Shown one piece after another: positions 29,396 through 39,628 of a stretch of DNA of 64,000 nt. Origin of the DNA: Chthoniobacteraceae bacterium. GTDB taxonomy: Bacteria > Verrucomicrobiota > Verrucomicrobiia > Chthoniobacterales > Chthoniobacteraceae. A model generated the notes under the pieces. It ran no database searches, was not told where the DNA came from, and worked only from the letters and a program-made list of their open reading frames with translations. The DNA is taken from the NCBI GenBank assembly GCA_037190965.1, contig JBBCKI010000023.1, forward strand, positions 34,619 through 98,618, written 5' to 3'. The position numbers and the translations under genes were made by a program. How positions within the stretch are numbered: position 1 is the stretch's first letter; every line of letters begins with the position of its first letter.

Positions 29396-30826
29396 TTACC
29401 TCGCGGGTTGCGCGCTCGGCGGGGCCACGGCTTCGTCGATCTTGCCCACATTCTTCATAAACGGAAGATCCAGCACGTCGAAGAAGGTCACGTAAAGCAT
29501 GTACCCGATCAGGAACAGGGCACAGGCGCTCTGAACGACCTCCAGCACCTTGATGCTGACCGGCCTGCGGCGAATCGACTCGATGACGGCTAGCGTGATG
29601 TGGCCGCCGTCGAGCACCGGCAGGGGGATCATGTTCAGGATGGCAAGGTTGACGTTGAAGAAGACGCTGAACCAAAGCGCCAGCCTCCAGCCGTTCTCGC
29701 TCTGAAGCATGTCATAATAAAGTCGCCCGATGCCGACCGGCCCGCTGAAGTGCTGCGCCTTCACGTCGGACTTGGAGGAAAATAATGCCCCGGCCATGTT
29801 GCCGATGGTGCTGATACTATCGCCGATCTGCTCGATCGGATTGGGATGAGCGATGACCAGCTTGCCCAACTCCCATTGTACGCCAATGAGCGGACGCGGC
29901 TTTTCCTCCTTGCCGGCGGCGTCGGACATTCGTGGCGTGAGACTAAAATTGAGCTTCTCCTCGCCGCGGGTCACCCCGAGGGCAACCGGAGCGTCCGGCT
30001 TTTTGGCGGTGGTTTCCGCCAAAACTTCAGGAGTGAAGATCGCCGCGCCGTTGACGTGGGTGACCACATCGCCCGGTTGCAGCCCGGCATCGGCAGCCGG
30101 GGTGTTGGGGAATACCTTCCCGATCCGGGCCGTGATGGCTGGAGCGATCCCCACCTGCCGGAGGCCGGCGCGCTGGAAACGCCGCTTCTTGGGCGGGATC
30201 GTCCAGGAAGAATCGATGGTCATCTCCTTGCCGTCGCGCTCGATCTTGAAGGGGATCGTGGCTCCCTCGCTCCGGATGACATACCAGATGACGCTGTCGC
30301 TCATGGCGGTGAACCGCCAGACCGGGTGGCCGTCGACTTCCAGAATGCGATCCCCGGGCTTGAGGCCCGCTTTCTCGGCCGGGGAGCCCGGCTCCACAAA
30401 ACCGATGGTGGTGTTCGACTCGATCTCATGCACCGGCTTGCCTACGAACCAGACCGCGCAGGCGAGCACGAAGGCCAGGCCCATGCTGAAAAGCGGCCCG
30501 GCAAAGGCGACGATAATTTTATCAAGCGCCGAAATGGGGGGCAGCTGTTCGCGCGGTACTTCGGATTCGCCTTCGATGGCCTCCATCGGGGCCAACTGCG
30601 GCAGCTTGACGAAGCCGCCCGCCGGGATGGACCCGAGCGAGTAATTCACCCCGTTGATTTTCTTCTGCCAGATCGGCTTGCCGAACCAGACGCCGAACCC
30701 TTCCACATGCAACCCGCGCCACCGTGCCGCGAGAAAGTGTCCCAATTCGTGGACAATGATGATGGCATTGAAGAGCACCACCACTTCCAGAAGGACGAAG
30801 ATAAAATTCAAGGTTTGCAGAAACAT
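29396..30826 (-). CDS. rseP: RIP metalloprotease RseP with PDZ domains
   Basis: HELGHF, AGP..S, two PDZ-like repeats, SGPVGI and N.IPLPVLDGGH. Confidence 0.93.
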   Translation of the reverse strand: MFLQTLNFIFVLLEVVVLFNAIIIVHELGHFLAARWRGLHVEGFGVWFGKPIWQKKINGVNYSLGSIPAGGFVKLPQLAPMEAIEGESEVPREQLPPISALDKIIVAFAGPLFSMGLAFVLACAVWFVGKPVHEIESNTTIGFVEPGSPAEKAGLKPGDRILEVDGHPVWRFTAMSDSVIWYVIRSEGATIPFKIERDGKEMTIDSSWTIPPKKRRFQRAGLRQVGIAPAITARIGKVFPNTPAADAGLQPGDVVTHVNGAAIFTPEVLAETTAKKPDAPVALGVTRGEEKLNFSLTPRMSDAAGKEEKPRPLIGVQWELGKLVIAHPNPIEQIGDSISTIGNMAGALFSSKSDVKAQHFSGPVGIGRLYYDMLQSENGWRLALWFSVFFNVNLAILNMIPLPVLDGGHITLAVIESIRRRPVSIKVLEVVQSACALFLIGYMLYVTFFDVLDLPFMKNVGKIDEAVAPPSAQPAR

Positions 30827-30852
30827 AGGTTCGGGTTGTTCTCTCTGTAAAT

Positions 30853-32013
30853 CTACCGGCTCGCGATTCGCTCAATTCGCTCAAAGGCGCGCGTGCGCGC
30901 CCACCGGTCCGCTTCGACTATAGCATCGAGGCCTGCCTGCGCAATGGACCGGTGTTCCTCCATCACGGCGGCAACCGTTTCCCAGATCCCCGGGAACGAA
31001 AGGCGTCCGTTCAGGAAGGCTTCGACAGCGGATTCGTTCGCGGCGTTCAACACGGCGGGAAGGGTCCCCCCGGTTTCCCCGGCGGCCCGGGCCAGATCAA
31101 GGGCAGGAAAGGCGTCCCGGCGCGGTTTTTCGAAGTCGAGCCGGGCCAACTCGGCGAAATCGAGCGGACGAAGCGAGTTGGGGACCCGCTCGGGCCAGGT
31201 CACGGCGTACTGGATCGGGAAGCACATATCCGAATGGCTGAGCTGCGCCAGCACCGAGCCGTCCACGAACTCGACCATCGAATGCACGATGCTTTGCGGG
31301 TGAACGATGACGTCCACGCGGGCCATCTCCACGTCGAAAAGCCAGCGGGCCTCGATCATTTCCAGCCCCTTGTTGAAGAGTGTGGCGGAGTCGATGGTGA
31401 TCTTCGCCCCCATGGTCCAGGTCGGATGACGGAGCGCCTGGGCGGGAGTGACATCGCGGAGCGCCTCGGCGGGGGTGGAGCGGAACGGCCCGCCGCTGGC
31501 GGTGAGAATGAGACGGCTCACCTCGCAAGGACGACGCCCTTCAAGACACTGAAAAATCGCGTTATGCTCGCTGTCCACGGGAAGGATGCGGACGCCTTTG
31601 CGCCTTGCCGCTTCCATCACGATGCCTCCCGCCATGACAAGGATCTCCTTGCTGGCGACGGCGAGGTCCTTCCCCGCCTCGATAGCGGCGAGCGCCGGGC
31701 GCAGCCCACCCGTGCCGACGATGGCGACGAGCACCATATCGGCCTCCGGAAGAGTGGCCAGTTCCAGCAGCCCCTCTTCGCCCTCAAAAAAACGGCGGGA
31801 TTGCCGAAGCGCGCCGGGGATCTCCCCCAAGCAGGCGCGCTCCGTCAGGCAAAGAGCGGCTTCGGGGAACTCCGCGGCCATTTCGACCAATTTGGCGGGA
31901 TTTCGATGGGCCGACATGCCGACAATCCGCATCCGCCCGGGAAGATCGCGGGCCACTTTGGCGGCGCTTTGGCCGATCGAGCCCGTGGCTCCCAGAACAA
32001 CGAGGTTTCTCAT
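30853..32013 (-). CDS. dxr: 1-deoxy-D-xylulose-5-phosphate reductoisomerase
   Basis: LGATGSIG, LPVDSEHNAIFQ, TASGGPF, HP.W.MG.KITIDSAT and NAANE. Confidence 0.96.
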   Translation of the reverse strand: MRNLVVLGATGSIGQSAAKVARDLPGRMRIVGMSAHRNPAKLVEMAAEFPEAALCLTERACLGEIPGALRQSRRFFEGEEGLLELATLPEADMVLVAIVGTGGLRPALAAIEAGKDLAVASKEILVMAGGIVMEAARRKGVRILPVDSEHNAIFQCLEGRRPCEVSRLILTASGGPFRSTPAEALRDVTPAQALRHPTWTMGAKITIDSATLFNKGLEMIEARWLFDVEMARVDVIVHPQSIVHSMVEFVDGSVLAQLSHSDMCFPIQYAVTWPERVPNSLRPLDFAELARLDFEKPRRDAFPALDLARAAGETGGTLPAVLNAANESAVEAFLNGRLSFPGIWETVAAVMEEHRSIAQAGLDAIVEADRWARTRAFERIERIASR

Positions 32014-32027
32014 TGGAGGCGAGGCAA

Positions 32028-32894
32028 TCAGGGTTGGTTCAGGATGCACCGAAGGTAGAAGAAGAGCAACGGCGCGGTGAAAAGAAGGCTGTCGATCAGG
32101 TCGAGCGCACCACCGATCCCGGGAAGGAATCGTCCCGAGTCCTTGATGTCGGTGGCTCGTTTAATTACCGATTCCGCGAGATCCCCAATGATCGCCGCAA
32201 AGCCGAGGATCAACCCGAGCACGACAGCGTGCAGCGGCGTGATCAGGGAGAGTTTCGAGCCCATGAGCCACATCATCCCGTAGCTCCCGAGCAAGGAAAA
32301 GACGAGCCCACCGCAAAACCCCTCCCAGGTCTTCTTCGGGCTGATGCCGGGAACGGCAGGGTGCTTGCCAATCAAGCTCCCCGTCAGGTACGCCCCCATA
32401 TCGCTGAATTTGGTCACTACCATCAAATAAAGCACGTAAAACTGCCCGGTCACAATCCCCTCCGCTGAACGAGGGGTGACGTAGACCAGTTTGTTCATGA
32501 AATTGAAAAGCCAGACGACGTAAAGCAGGCCAAAAAGGGTGTAGGCCATCGTCGGAAGCGGCTCACACAGCCCCCTGACCATCTGACGGGAAAAAATCGT
32601 CAGCACAAAACCGGTGAGGACGATCATCTCAAAGTCATAAGACTTCGCCAGGCCCACCGTGCTAAAACCGATGGACGACCCCACAAGGAGGATCGCGCCG
32701 CAGATCATCCCGGTGATCTTGAAATTCGGCAACGCCTTATGATCGAGCATCCGGTAGAACTCCCAAAGCCCGGTCAGCCCCATGGCGGCAATCAAAGCGG
32801 CGAAACCGAGTTCATGCCCGGAAAAAATAACCCACAGCACCACCGCCCATAGAACGAGGGTGCTGAGAAGACGGGAGAAAAAAACGCGCGACAT
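32028..32894 (-). CDS. cdsA: Phosphatidate cytidylyltransferase
   Basis: SD.GAY..G...GKH, ISPKKTWEG and GDLAES..KR...IKDSG..LPG.GG.LD.IDS. Confidence 0.93.
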   Translation of the reverse strand: MSRVFFSRLLSTLVLWAVVLWVIFSGHELGFAALIAAMGLTGLWEFYRMLDHKALPNFKITGMICGAILLVGSSIGFSTVGLAKSYDFEMIVLTGFVLTIFSRQMVRGLCEPLPTMAYTLFGLLYVVWLFNFMNKLVYVTPRSAEGIVTGQFYVLYLMVVTKFSDMGAYLTGSLIGKHPAVPGISPKKTWEGFCGGLVFSLLGSYGMMWLMGSKLSLITPLHAVVLGLILGFAAIIGDLAESVIKRATDIKDSGRFLPGIGGALDLIDSLLFTAPLLFFYLRCILNQP

Positions 32895-33052
32895 CCGGGA
32901 GTGCTTGAACGTGCGCGACAATCCCGGAACCACACGGGGATGGCAAGCCTAGAGAAACCGGAACGGGGGAAACAGGAACCCCGGAGAGCAAAGAAGGGCA
33001 AGCCGAGACTTCGCGCGCCGGCGCGCCTTTCTTTCCACTCTCCGGTCTTGGA

Positions 33053-33874
33053 TCAGTGCGCGCAGCAGACCGTGTAGGTGCTCGCGCTGCTGTTCAGGCT
33101 CGCGGACTTGGCCGGAGCCGTATGAGGCGAGGAAGCGGGGCTGGGTGACGGCTTTGGCTTGGGTTTGTCCATGGCCAGCAACTCGCTCACGGTCACGAAT
33201 TTATACCCCTTGGCCAGAAGACCATCGAGGACTTCGGGCATGGCGTCGACCGTTCCCTTGTGAATGTCGTGAACCAGAATGATCGAGCCGGGTTGCGTCT
33301 GGCTCAAAATCCGCTGGGCGACGACGTTGGCACCTGGGCGCTTCCAGTCGAAGGGATCCACCGTCCAAAGAACCGTTTTATAGCCAAACTCTTTGAATGC
33401 CCAACGCTGTTGCTTTTCCGTAAAGGCTCCGTAAGGAGGACGGAAGCTCTTGGGCGGAACTCCCGCAACTTCGAGCACGGCGTCATGAGTCTTCTGAATC
33501 TCCTCGCGGACGGCGGCTTCGGACATGGAGGAAAGCTTGGGATGAGACCAGGAATGGTTCCCGATCTCGTGCCCTTCTTCCACGGTACGCTTGAGAATGG
33601 CCGGATTATCTTTCACGCAACGCCCGACAACGTAGAAAGTGGCTTTGACGTTCCGCTTGGCCAGCATCTCCAGCAACCGGGGAGTGTTGGCGGCGCTAGG
33701 GCCATCGTCGAAGGTGAGCGCGATATACGGCCCCTCCACATTCGCGCCATTGTAGGTAACTTTGGGCTGGGCGGGGGTGACGGCTGCCGTGGGCGAAGGG
33801 CTCTGGGCTATCGCGACGGAAACCAGCAAAAGGGACGAAAGCGGAGCAAGAAGGGTGCGAAGCATGGGACGCAT
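33053..33874 (-). CDS. Secreted polysaccharide deacetylase (CE4/NodB)
   Basis: ALTFDDGP, HEIGNHSWSHP, FRPPYG, W.VDP.DW and LVHDIH motifs. Confidence 0.92.
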   Translation of the reverse strand: MRPMLRTLLAPLSSLLLVSVAIAQSPSPTAAVTPAQPKVTYNGANVEGPYIALTFDDGPSAANTPRLLEMLAKRNVKATFYVVGRCVKDNPAILKRTVEEGHEIGNHSWSHPKLSSMSEAAVREEIQKTHDAVLEVAGVPPKSFRPPYGAFTEKQQRWAFKEFGYKTVLWTVDPFDWKRPGANVVAQRILSQTQPGSIILVHDIHKGTVDAMPEVLDGLLAKGYKFVTVSELLAMDKPKPKPSPSPASSPHTAPAKSASLNSSASTYTVCCAH

Positions 33875-33887
33875 TTGTGTGACGAAG

Positions 33888-34763
33888 TTACAGGAATCTT
33901 TCCAGAATGACAGCGAGTTTGCGGGCGGTCTCCTCCGGCCAGAGCGAACGATCGGTGAAGAGCGCGGAATCGAGGGCCCGATGCTCGGGCCAGTCGGGCG
34001 TGGAGGGAATGCAGGGGACGACCCGGGCGATGATTGCCTTGGCGGTGGCAGCGTTGTGCTGCAAATGGCCGATCACGGTTTGCCCCGTCACCGGTTCATC
34101 GTCCACTTTCCAGCAATCGTAGTCGGTCACCATCGAGACGGTGGCAAACGCGATTTCGGCCTCTCGGGCCAGTTTGGCTTCGCCCAGGTTGGTCATCCCG
34201 ATCACATCGAAGCCGAGGGCCCGATTGGTTTCGCTTTCCGCGCGGGTTGAGAACGCTGGGCCGTCCATGTTCACGTAGGTACCGCCATTATGGACCGTCG
34301 CACCGCAGTCGCGGGCGGCCTCCGCGACCAGGCCGCGCAACGGGGCGCTCGTCGGGTCGGCAAAGGCGACGTGAGCCACGATGCCGCTGCCAAAGAAAGT
34401 ATGCTCGGTGCGGCGACTGGTGCGGTCGAAAAACTGGTCGGGCAGGACGATATGGCGCGGTTCGTACTGAGCCTGAAGACTGCCCACCGCCGAGATCGCG
34501 AGAATCCAGCGGACCCCCAGGGAGCGAAGCGCGTAAATATTGGCGCGGTGATTGATCTCCGTCGGGAGAATCCGATGGCCGCGTCCGTGCCTGGGCAGAA
34601 AGTAAACGACTCTTCCCGCAAGCATCCCCCGCACGATCACATCGCTGGGCGGCCCCCACGGCGTCTCAACCCGGAGCTCAGTCGCCTCCGTGAGCCCTTC
34701 GATTTCATAAAGGCCGCTACCGCCGATAATTCCAATGGCCGCCGCTTGGGGATGGTGCTGCAT
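33888..34763 (-). CDS. mtnP: S-methyl-5'-thioadenosine phosphorylase
   Basis: IGIIGGSGLY, RHG.GH, SAVGSL, GP.FSTRAES, IGMT...EAKLAREAE and VTDYDCW. Confidence 0.93.
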   Translation of the reverse strand: MQHHPQAAAIGIIGGSGLYEIEGLTEATELRVETPWGPPSDVIVRGMLAGRVVYFLPRHGRGHRILPTEINHRANIYALRSLGVRWILAISAVGSLQAQYEPRHIVLPDQFFDRTSRRTEHTFFGSGIVAHVAFADPTSAPLRGLVAEAARDCGATVHNGGTYVNMDGPAFSTRAESETNRALGFDVIGMTNLGEAKLAREAEIAFATVSMVTDYDCWKVDDEPVTGQTVIGHLQHNAATAKAIIARVVPCIPSTPDWPEHRALDSALFTDRSLWPEETARKLAVILERFL

Positions 34764-34859
34764 GGCTGTTTAGATCACTTGCCGAGCCGGATTTCCAGCA
34801 CAGAGCGCAGGAAAAATGACGCCGCGACCACCCCATCGCGGCGTCAGATACCAAAAGGG

Positions 34860-35033
34860 TTACAGCACCCGTCTGCCGGTAAAGAGCGCGAGAGCGAACA
34901 GCACCAGACAGATCACGAGAAACAGCCCGAAAAGAAACTTCGCGATTCCCGCCGCCGTTCCGGCAATGCCCGTGAAGCCGAGCAGCGCCGCAATGATGGC
35001 AATAATGAGAAACGTAAATGCCCAGGATAACAT
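34860..35033 (-). CDS. DUF1328 (YtjA-like) small membrane protein
   Basis: [29 protein letters not shown]; an SD-like GGAGG precedes the ATG at 35033. Confidence 0.88.
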   Translation of the reverse strand: MLSWAFTFLIIAIIAALLGFTGIAGTAAGIAKFLFGLFLVICLVLFALALFTGRRVL

Positions 35034-35126
35034 AGAAACCTCCTTCCCTCCAAATATCGGCGCTGGCGGGAGGAGTGGCGGGTGCCGGATGAAAAAGTTG
35101 CCGATTGGGAGTTGGCCCGCCTTTAT

Positions 35127-35298
35127 TAGAGCATTTCTCAAAAGAAATTTCCGAAAGCCAATGGGAGCGCCGTGGCCTGTGGGGCAAGGAGCAAGCGAAG
35201 CGGCTGTGGCCGCAGCGCCACTGCCCGAGCGCCGCGACGCCGCATCCACGGCCGCGCCGCCCCAGCGGATTCAGAAAGGACTTTTGAGAGATGCTATA
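35127..35298. mobile_element. 172-bp MITE-like element with 18-bp terminal inverted repeats
   Basis: Left end TAGAGCATTTCTCAAAAG; right end CTTTTGAGAGATGCTATA (16/18 complementary); TA at both ends; no coding capacity. Confidence 0.65.
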
Positions 35299-35365
35299 AC
35301 CCATGGGAGCCGATGCCCGCGCTCTATGGCGCGAGCGAGCTACCGGCGCGGCAGCGCCATTCCAC

Positions 35366-35785
35366 TCAGCCTTCGGAGTCCGCAATTTCCTCCACGGATT
35401 GCGGTGCACGGCTGGTGCGGGTAAGGCGGGAAAAGGCCGCGACATCGGCGGCAAACGCGGCGAGAACGACCCCCAGACCGACAATCCGGAGAAGCCCAAG
35501 ATCAAACCCGGTAAGGAATGCGGGCGGAAAAATCCAGAGCCCGATCAGAAACGTGGCGCACGCAACGGTATTGAAAGCGAGAGCGCGGGCCTGCATTGGA
35601 AGGACGTGCTCACGAAAGGCGGGAAGACGCTCGGGAAACTCCCGAACGATGTCGGAAAGGCGCGGGGTCAGGAATTTTCGAGGCAGCAGGGCGCGAAGGC
35701 GAGCTTCGTAAGCTCTTTCCGATTGATGGGAAAGCAATCGAAAGATCAAAGCAGCGCCTAGAAAGAAAAAGAACGGAACGGTCAT
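35366..35785 (-). CDS. Hypothetical membrane protein
   Basis: 139-aa ORF with three hydrophobic segments, co-oriented with its neighbours. Confidence 0.55.
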   Translation of the reverse strand: MTVPFFFFLGAALIFRLLSHQSERAYEARLRALLPRKFLTPRLSDIVREFPERLPAFREHVLPMQARALAFNTVACATFLIGLWIFPPAFLTGFDLGLLRIVGLGVVLAAFAADVAAFSRLTRTSRAPQSVEEIADSEG

Positions 35786-35842
35786 GGTTGAAACGCCGGG
35801 AACCTAGCCCGGGAAACCCTGATTTCAACCGGAACGTCTCTC

Positions 35843-37102
35843 TTACCTTCCGGCCATCTGCATCAACTTGGGAAGCAGGCCGCCAAGCTGGCCGGCGGTC
35901 GCCGTGCCGCCCGGTTGCGCCCAGGGGAGCGCCTGCTCGGAGGGGAACTCCCCAGTTTGGATCATCCGCTCACTGATCGCCCCCATGTCGGCGATGAGGT
36001 GAATGGAGTCCTCCTTTTCGGGAACCGCTACTAACGAGGCATGAGGCGTGGTAACCGTCGTAATCTTCCCGGCCGCCAGATACAATAGAGCGTTGAGGGC
36101 CACAAAACCCCGGCTATCCGAGAGCAGGGTGGCAGGCCGCTCCTGAGCGCCCCGGAGGTAATCGCCGTAGAGCCGGAAGTTGTCGTAGAGCGTGGCAGCC
36201 TCTTCGATCGTCTGCTCAAGACGTCCATCGCAATGCCGGATGATCAGGGTGTTCTTATGGGGATGGATCTCGATCTCCGCCTTCTCACAGGTGATGATCT
36301 CGCGGGTGACGGTGGTTTCCAATGCGCAGGCATGCGAGGCGGCGATGCGGAACTCGACGCCGTTTTGCAGGCGACCTCGGGTAAACACCGTGTCAGTGCC
36401 TTCGATCGGGTTGGCCCGGTAAAGTTCGGCCTCCACGGTTTCGGGATTACCCCATTCGACGGGCCCTTCCATCCCCCCAAAAAAGAGGATGTTGTGAAGA
36501 TGATGCGCCATGGCGTTGCCACAGCAGGAATCAAGAAGGATGTCATTGCCCGCCAGCAGACGGCCCGCCCAGCCGTTTCTGCTGTAATAGCTCTGCATCC
36601 GGGGCCACAACCCGTGGAAACCGACGCGAAGCAATTTCCCAAACTCGCCTTCCAGAATCCGGCGCTTCAAGGCGTGCCGGAAGGGCTGATAAATGTAGTT
36701 GAAGCCGACCTGCGTGGCGTGGGTGGCGCGGGCGTCAACGGCGATCATTGCCTCGAGTTCCGCCGGGTCGAGCGTCGGCGGCTTTTCCAGATAACAGGCA
36801 ATGCCGCGTTCCACGCAGGCCCGGTGCATCGGGGCGTGCAGGCGGATGGGAGTGGCAATCGTGACCAGGTCGAGCCCCGCGCCGTGGTCGGCGATCATCG
36901 CGTCGAAATCCTCGTACACCTGCACTCCGCGTTCGACAAATTGGAAGTCATTCCTGAGCGCCTCCAGGCTGGCCGCCTTCGGGTCGCAGGTGGCGACTAC
37001 CTGAATGAAGCCTTCCCGCTCCAGGTTGAGCAAATTGCCGTGATGCGCACCTCCGAAGCCGCCAATTCCGGCGACCGCGCAGCGAATAGGTTTCAAACTC
37101 AT
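35843..37102 (-). CDS. Gfo/Idh/MocA family oxidoreductase
   Basis: AVAGIGGFG, DLV.IATPI.LHAPM, YLEKPP and QVGF motifs. Confidence 0.88.
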   Translation of the reverse strand: MSLKPIRCAVAGIGGFGGAHHGNLLNLEREGFIQVVATCDPKAASLEALRNDFQFVERGVQVYEDFDAMIADHGAGLDLVTIATPIRLHAPMHRACVERGIACYLEKPPTLDPAELEAMIAVDARATHATQVGFNYIYQPFRHALKRRILEGEFGKLLRVGFHGLWPRMQSYYSRNGWAGRLLAGNDILLDSCCGNAMAHHLHNILFFGGMEGPVEWGNPETVEAELYRANPIEGTDTVFTRGRLQNGVEFRIAASHACALETTVTREIITCEKAEIEIHPHKNTLIIRHCDGRLEQTIEEAATLYDNFRLYGDYLRGAQERPATLLSDSRGFVALNALLYLAAGKITTVTTPHASLVAVPEKEDSIHLIADMGAISERMIQTGEFPSEQALPWAQPGGTATAGQLGGLLPKLMQMAGR

Positions 37103-37173
37103 AACTGGATGGCGGGTAACTGGATGGTTACGCTCAAGGCACCACGGGAGCACTTGCTCTTCGTGGGTTTCGA

Positions 37174-38397
37174 TCAGGCGTCTCCGGCGAGCCCGAAGGC
37201 CTCGTGAACGATATTGGCGGCTTCCGGCGCGTTCGCTTCGTCGATGACGACGGCGATCTTGATTTCCGAAGTGGAGATCATCTGGATATTGATGTTCCCC
37301 TTGCTGAGCGCCTCGAAAAGTTTGGCGGCAACCCCGGAGTGCGAGCGCATCCCGATGCCGACGACGCTCAACTTCGCGATGCCGTCTCGCGCGACGAGGT
37401 CGCTCCCGAACTCGCAGACGAGTGATTCCAGGCTCTTGCGGGCCCTGGGGAGTTCATCCTTGTTCAGAGTGAAGGAAATATCGGTGCTGCCCGCCAGCGA
37501 GACGTTCTGCACGATCATGTCGACGATGATGCCGGCGTCGGCAATGGCATTGAAAATGCGCGAAGCGGTCCCGGGCGTGTCGGCAACGCCGGTGATGGTG
37601 ACCTTGGCTTGATTGCGCTCTATGGAAACGCCGCGAATGACGACTTGCTCCATGCTCATGGTTTCTTCTTTAACGAGGGTTCCCGGGTTGGTGTTGAACG
37701 AACTGCGCACCTCAAAAGGCACGGCGAATTTTTTGGCGAACTCGACGGAACGCGATTGCATGACCTTCGATCCCGAACTGGCCATTTCAAGCATTTCGTC
37801 GTACGAAATTTCATCGAGTTTGCGGGCGTTTTTGACGATGCGCGGGTCGCAGGTGTAAACCCCTTCCACATCGGTGAAGATCTGGCAGAGGTCGGCTTTC
37901 ACTGCGGCGGCGATGGCGATGGCCGTCAGGTCCGAGCCGCCACGGCCCAATGTGGTCGTCTGCCCCTGGTCGGTCTCGCCCTGGAATCCGGCGACGACGA
38001 CGATGTTTCCCTCATCGAGAAACTGATGGATCGTTTTCGGGCTTAGGTTGCGAATTTTCGCCCGCGTGTGCCCTCCGTCGGTGCGGATACCCGCTTGCGC
38101 CCCCGTCAGCGAGACGGCCTTGTGGCCGAGGCTCTGGATCGCCATGGAGAGGAGCGCGATGGTGGTCTGCTCGCCGGTGGCCAGCAGCACGTCCATCTCC
38201 CGCTCAGGCGGGTTGATGGTGGCGCAGACGTCCTTGGAAAGCTTGATAAGGGCATCGGTGACACCCGACATGGCTGAAACGACGACCACGACGCGATGAC
38301 CCTCCTGCTGGGTGGCGATGACGCGCTTGGCAACATTCAGGATCCGGGCCGGGTCGCCCACGGAAGTTCCGCCGTATTTTTGGACGATGAGACTCAT
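37174..38397 (-). CDS. lysC: Aspartate kinase
   Basis: VQKYGGTSV, VVVSAMSG, VAGFQG, TLGRGGSD, two ACT domains and ISTSEIKI. Confidence 0.96.
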   Translation of the reverse strand: MSLIVQKYGGTSVGDPARILNVAKRVIATQQEGHRVVVVVSAMSGVTDALIKLSKDVCATINPPEREMDVLLATGEQTTIALLSMAIQSLGHKAVSLTGAQAGIRTDGGHTRAKIRNLSPKTIHQFLDEGNIVVVAGFQGETDQGQTTTLGRGGSDLTAIAIAAAVKADLCQIFTDVEGVYTCDPRIVKNARKLDEISYDEMLEMASSGSKVMQSRSVEFAKKFAVPFEVRSSFNTNPGTLVKEETMSMEQVVIRGVSIERNQAKVTITGVADTPGTASRIFNAIADAGIIVDMIVQNVSLAGSTDISFTLNKDELPRARKSLESLVCEFGSDLVARDGIAKLSVVGIGMRSHSGVAAKLFEALSKGNINIQMISTSEIKIAVVIDEANAPEAANIVHEAFGLAGDA

Positions 38398-38447
38398 GAA
38401 AGGAGCCGCGCAGTCTCCTCAGAGAGTGGCGTATTGTCAATCATCGG

Positions 38448-39464
38448 TCACTCGAACTGTTTAAGAAGCCGGTCGACCGATTTGCAGATGTCCGTCAGCC
38501 CCTGCCGAAAGCGATTGCCGGGGACGACCTCGAGTGCGCCGCTTGCATCGCTCAATAAGCCTCGGGCGGCGCCGATGGCCGCCTGAAGCGAGCCGCGCTT
38601 GACGGTGGCTTCGACCAGTTCTTCGACCCCGTTCCCGGAAAGGATGACCTCGCTCCAGTGGGCGCGCTCGCTGGCGGAGCTGTTCTGAAGGAGATGCAAA
38701 ATCGGCAGGGTAAGCTTCCCTTTGCGCAGATCGGAGCCGAGCGTCTTGCCGGCCTTCTCCTCATTGCCCGCGATGTCGAGGCAGTCGTCGTAGACCTGGT
38801 ACGCCGTGCCGAGCTTGAGCCCGAAGACTTTCATCGCGCTGATGATCTCGGGCGACGGCTCGTTGAGCAGCGCGCCCAACTCCGTGGCGGCTCCGAAGAG
38901 CGCGGCCGTCTTCATCTCGATAATCTTGAAGTAATCGGGGACGCTGAGGTTCAGATCGAAGCGGCGCTGGGTCTGGATGATCTCGCCCGAACAGACGTCG
39001 GAGGCGGCGGTGGCGATCCGGCGGGTGATCTCGGCGCTGGTGAAGTGGGTGGAAAGCTTCAGGGCATGCGCGAACATGCAGTCCCCCAGAAGAACGCTGA
39101 TGGCGTTGCCCCATTTGGCGTTGGCGGTCGGCTCTCCCCGGCGGATCTCGGCGCCGTCCATGATGTCGTCGTGGACAAGGGTGGCGGCGTGAATCAACTC
39201 CAGGATAACGGCCAGCTCGATCTGGAGCGGGCCAACGTTGCCGGTGGCTCCCCCGGCCAGCAGGGCCAGAGCGGGGCGGAGGCGCTTGCCGCTGCTTTCG
39301 CAGGCATAGGCGACATACCCCTCCACGGCGGGATCGAACTCACGGGCCTGTGCCCGGATGCGCTCTTCCACGCTGTAAAGCGGTGCGTTGATCAATTCGA
39401 AAGTCGCCTTGATCTCTTTGGGAATGATAAGGGCCTTTGCCTCGGCCCGCGGCAGGTTTCTCAC
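38448..39464 (-). CDS. Polyprenyl diphosphate synthase (IspB/HepT-like)
   Basis: GKRLRP, ELIH.ATLVHDDIMD, MKTA.LF, YQVYDD.LD and G.DLRKGK.TLP. Start uncertain. Confidence 0.92.
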   Translation of the reverse strand: MRNLPRAEAKALIIPKEIKATFELINAPLYSVEERIRAQAREFDPAVEGYVAYACESSGKRLRPALALLAGGATGNVGPLQIELAVILELIHAATLVHDDIMDGAEIRRGEPTANAKWGNAISVLLGDCMFAHALKLSTHFTSAEITRRIATAASDVCSGEIIQTQRRFDLNLSVPDYFKIIEMKTAALFGAATELGALLNEPSPEIISAMKVFGLKLGTAYQVYDDCLDIAGNEEKAGKTLGSDLRKGKLTLPILHLLQNSSASERAHWSEVILSGNGVEELVEATVKRGSLQAAIGAARGLLSDASGALEVVPGNRFRQGLTDICKSVDRLLKQFE

Positions 39465-39628
39465 GGGTTGCTGAAAATAGGGATCGCATTTCTAAAGTCA
39501 ATGCGCGGACGTTGCTCACCGAAAGTCGCTCGCAGCCGGCAAACCGCATTCAACGACAGGCTCGATTAAATTTAGGATTTAGGACTGGCAAAGCCCTCTC
39601 TGCAGGGGTATTCAGTGGAGGTTCCCCT

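Noticed and set aside
39464..39489. Out-of-frame ATG (MRSLFSATR) just upstream of the polyprenyl synthase, a possible frameshift
   Set aside because: An in-frame GTG start gives a complete enzyme; this cannot be resolved without homolog alignment.
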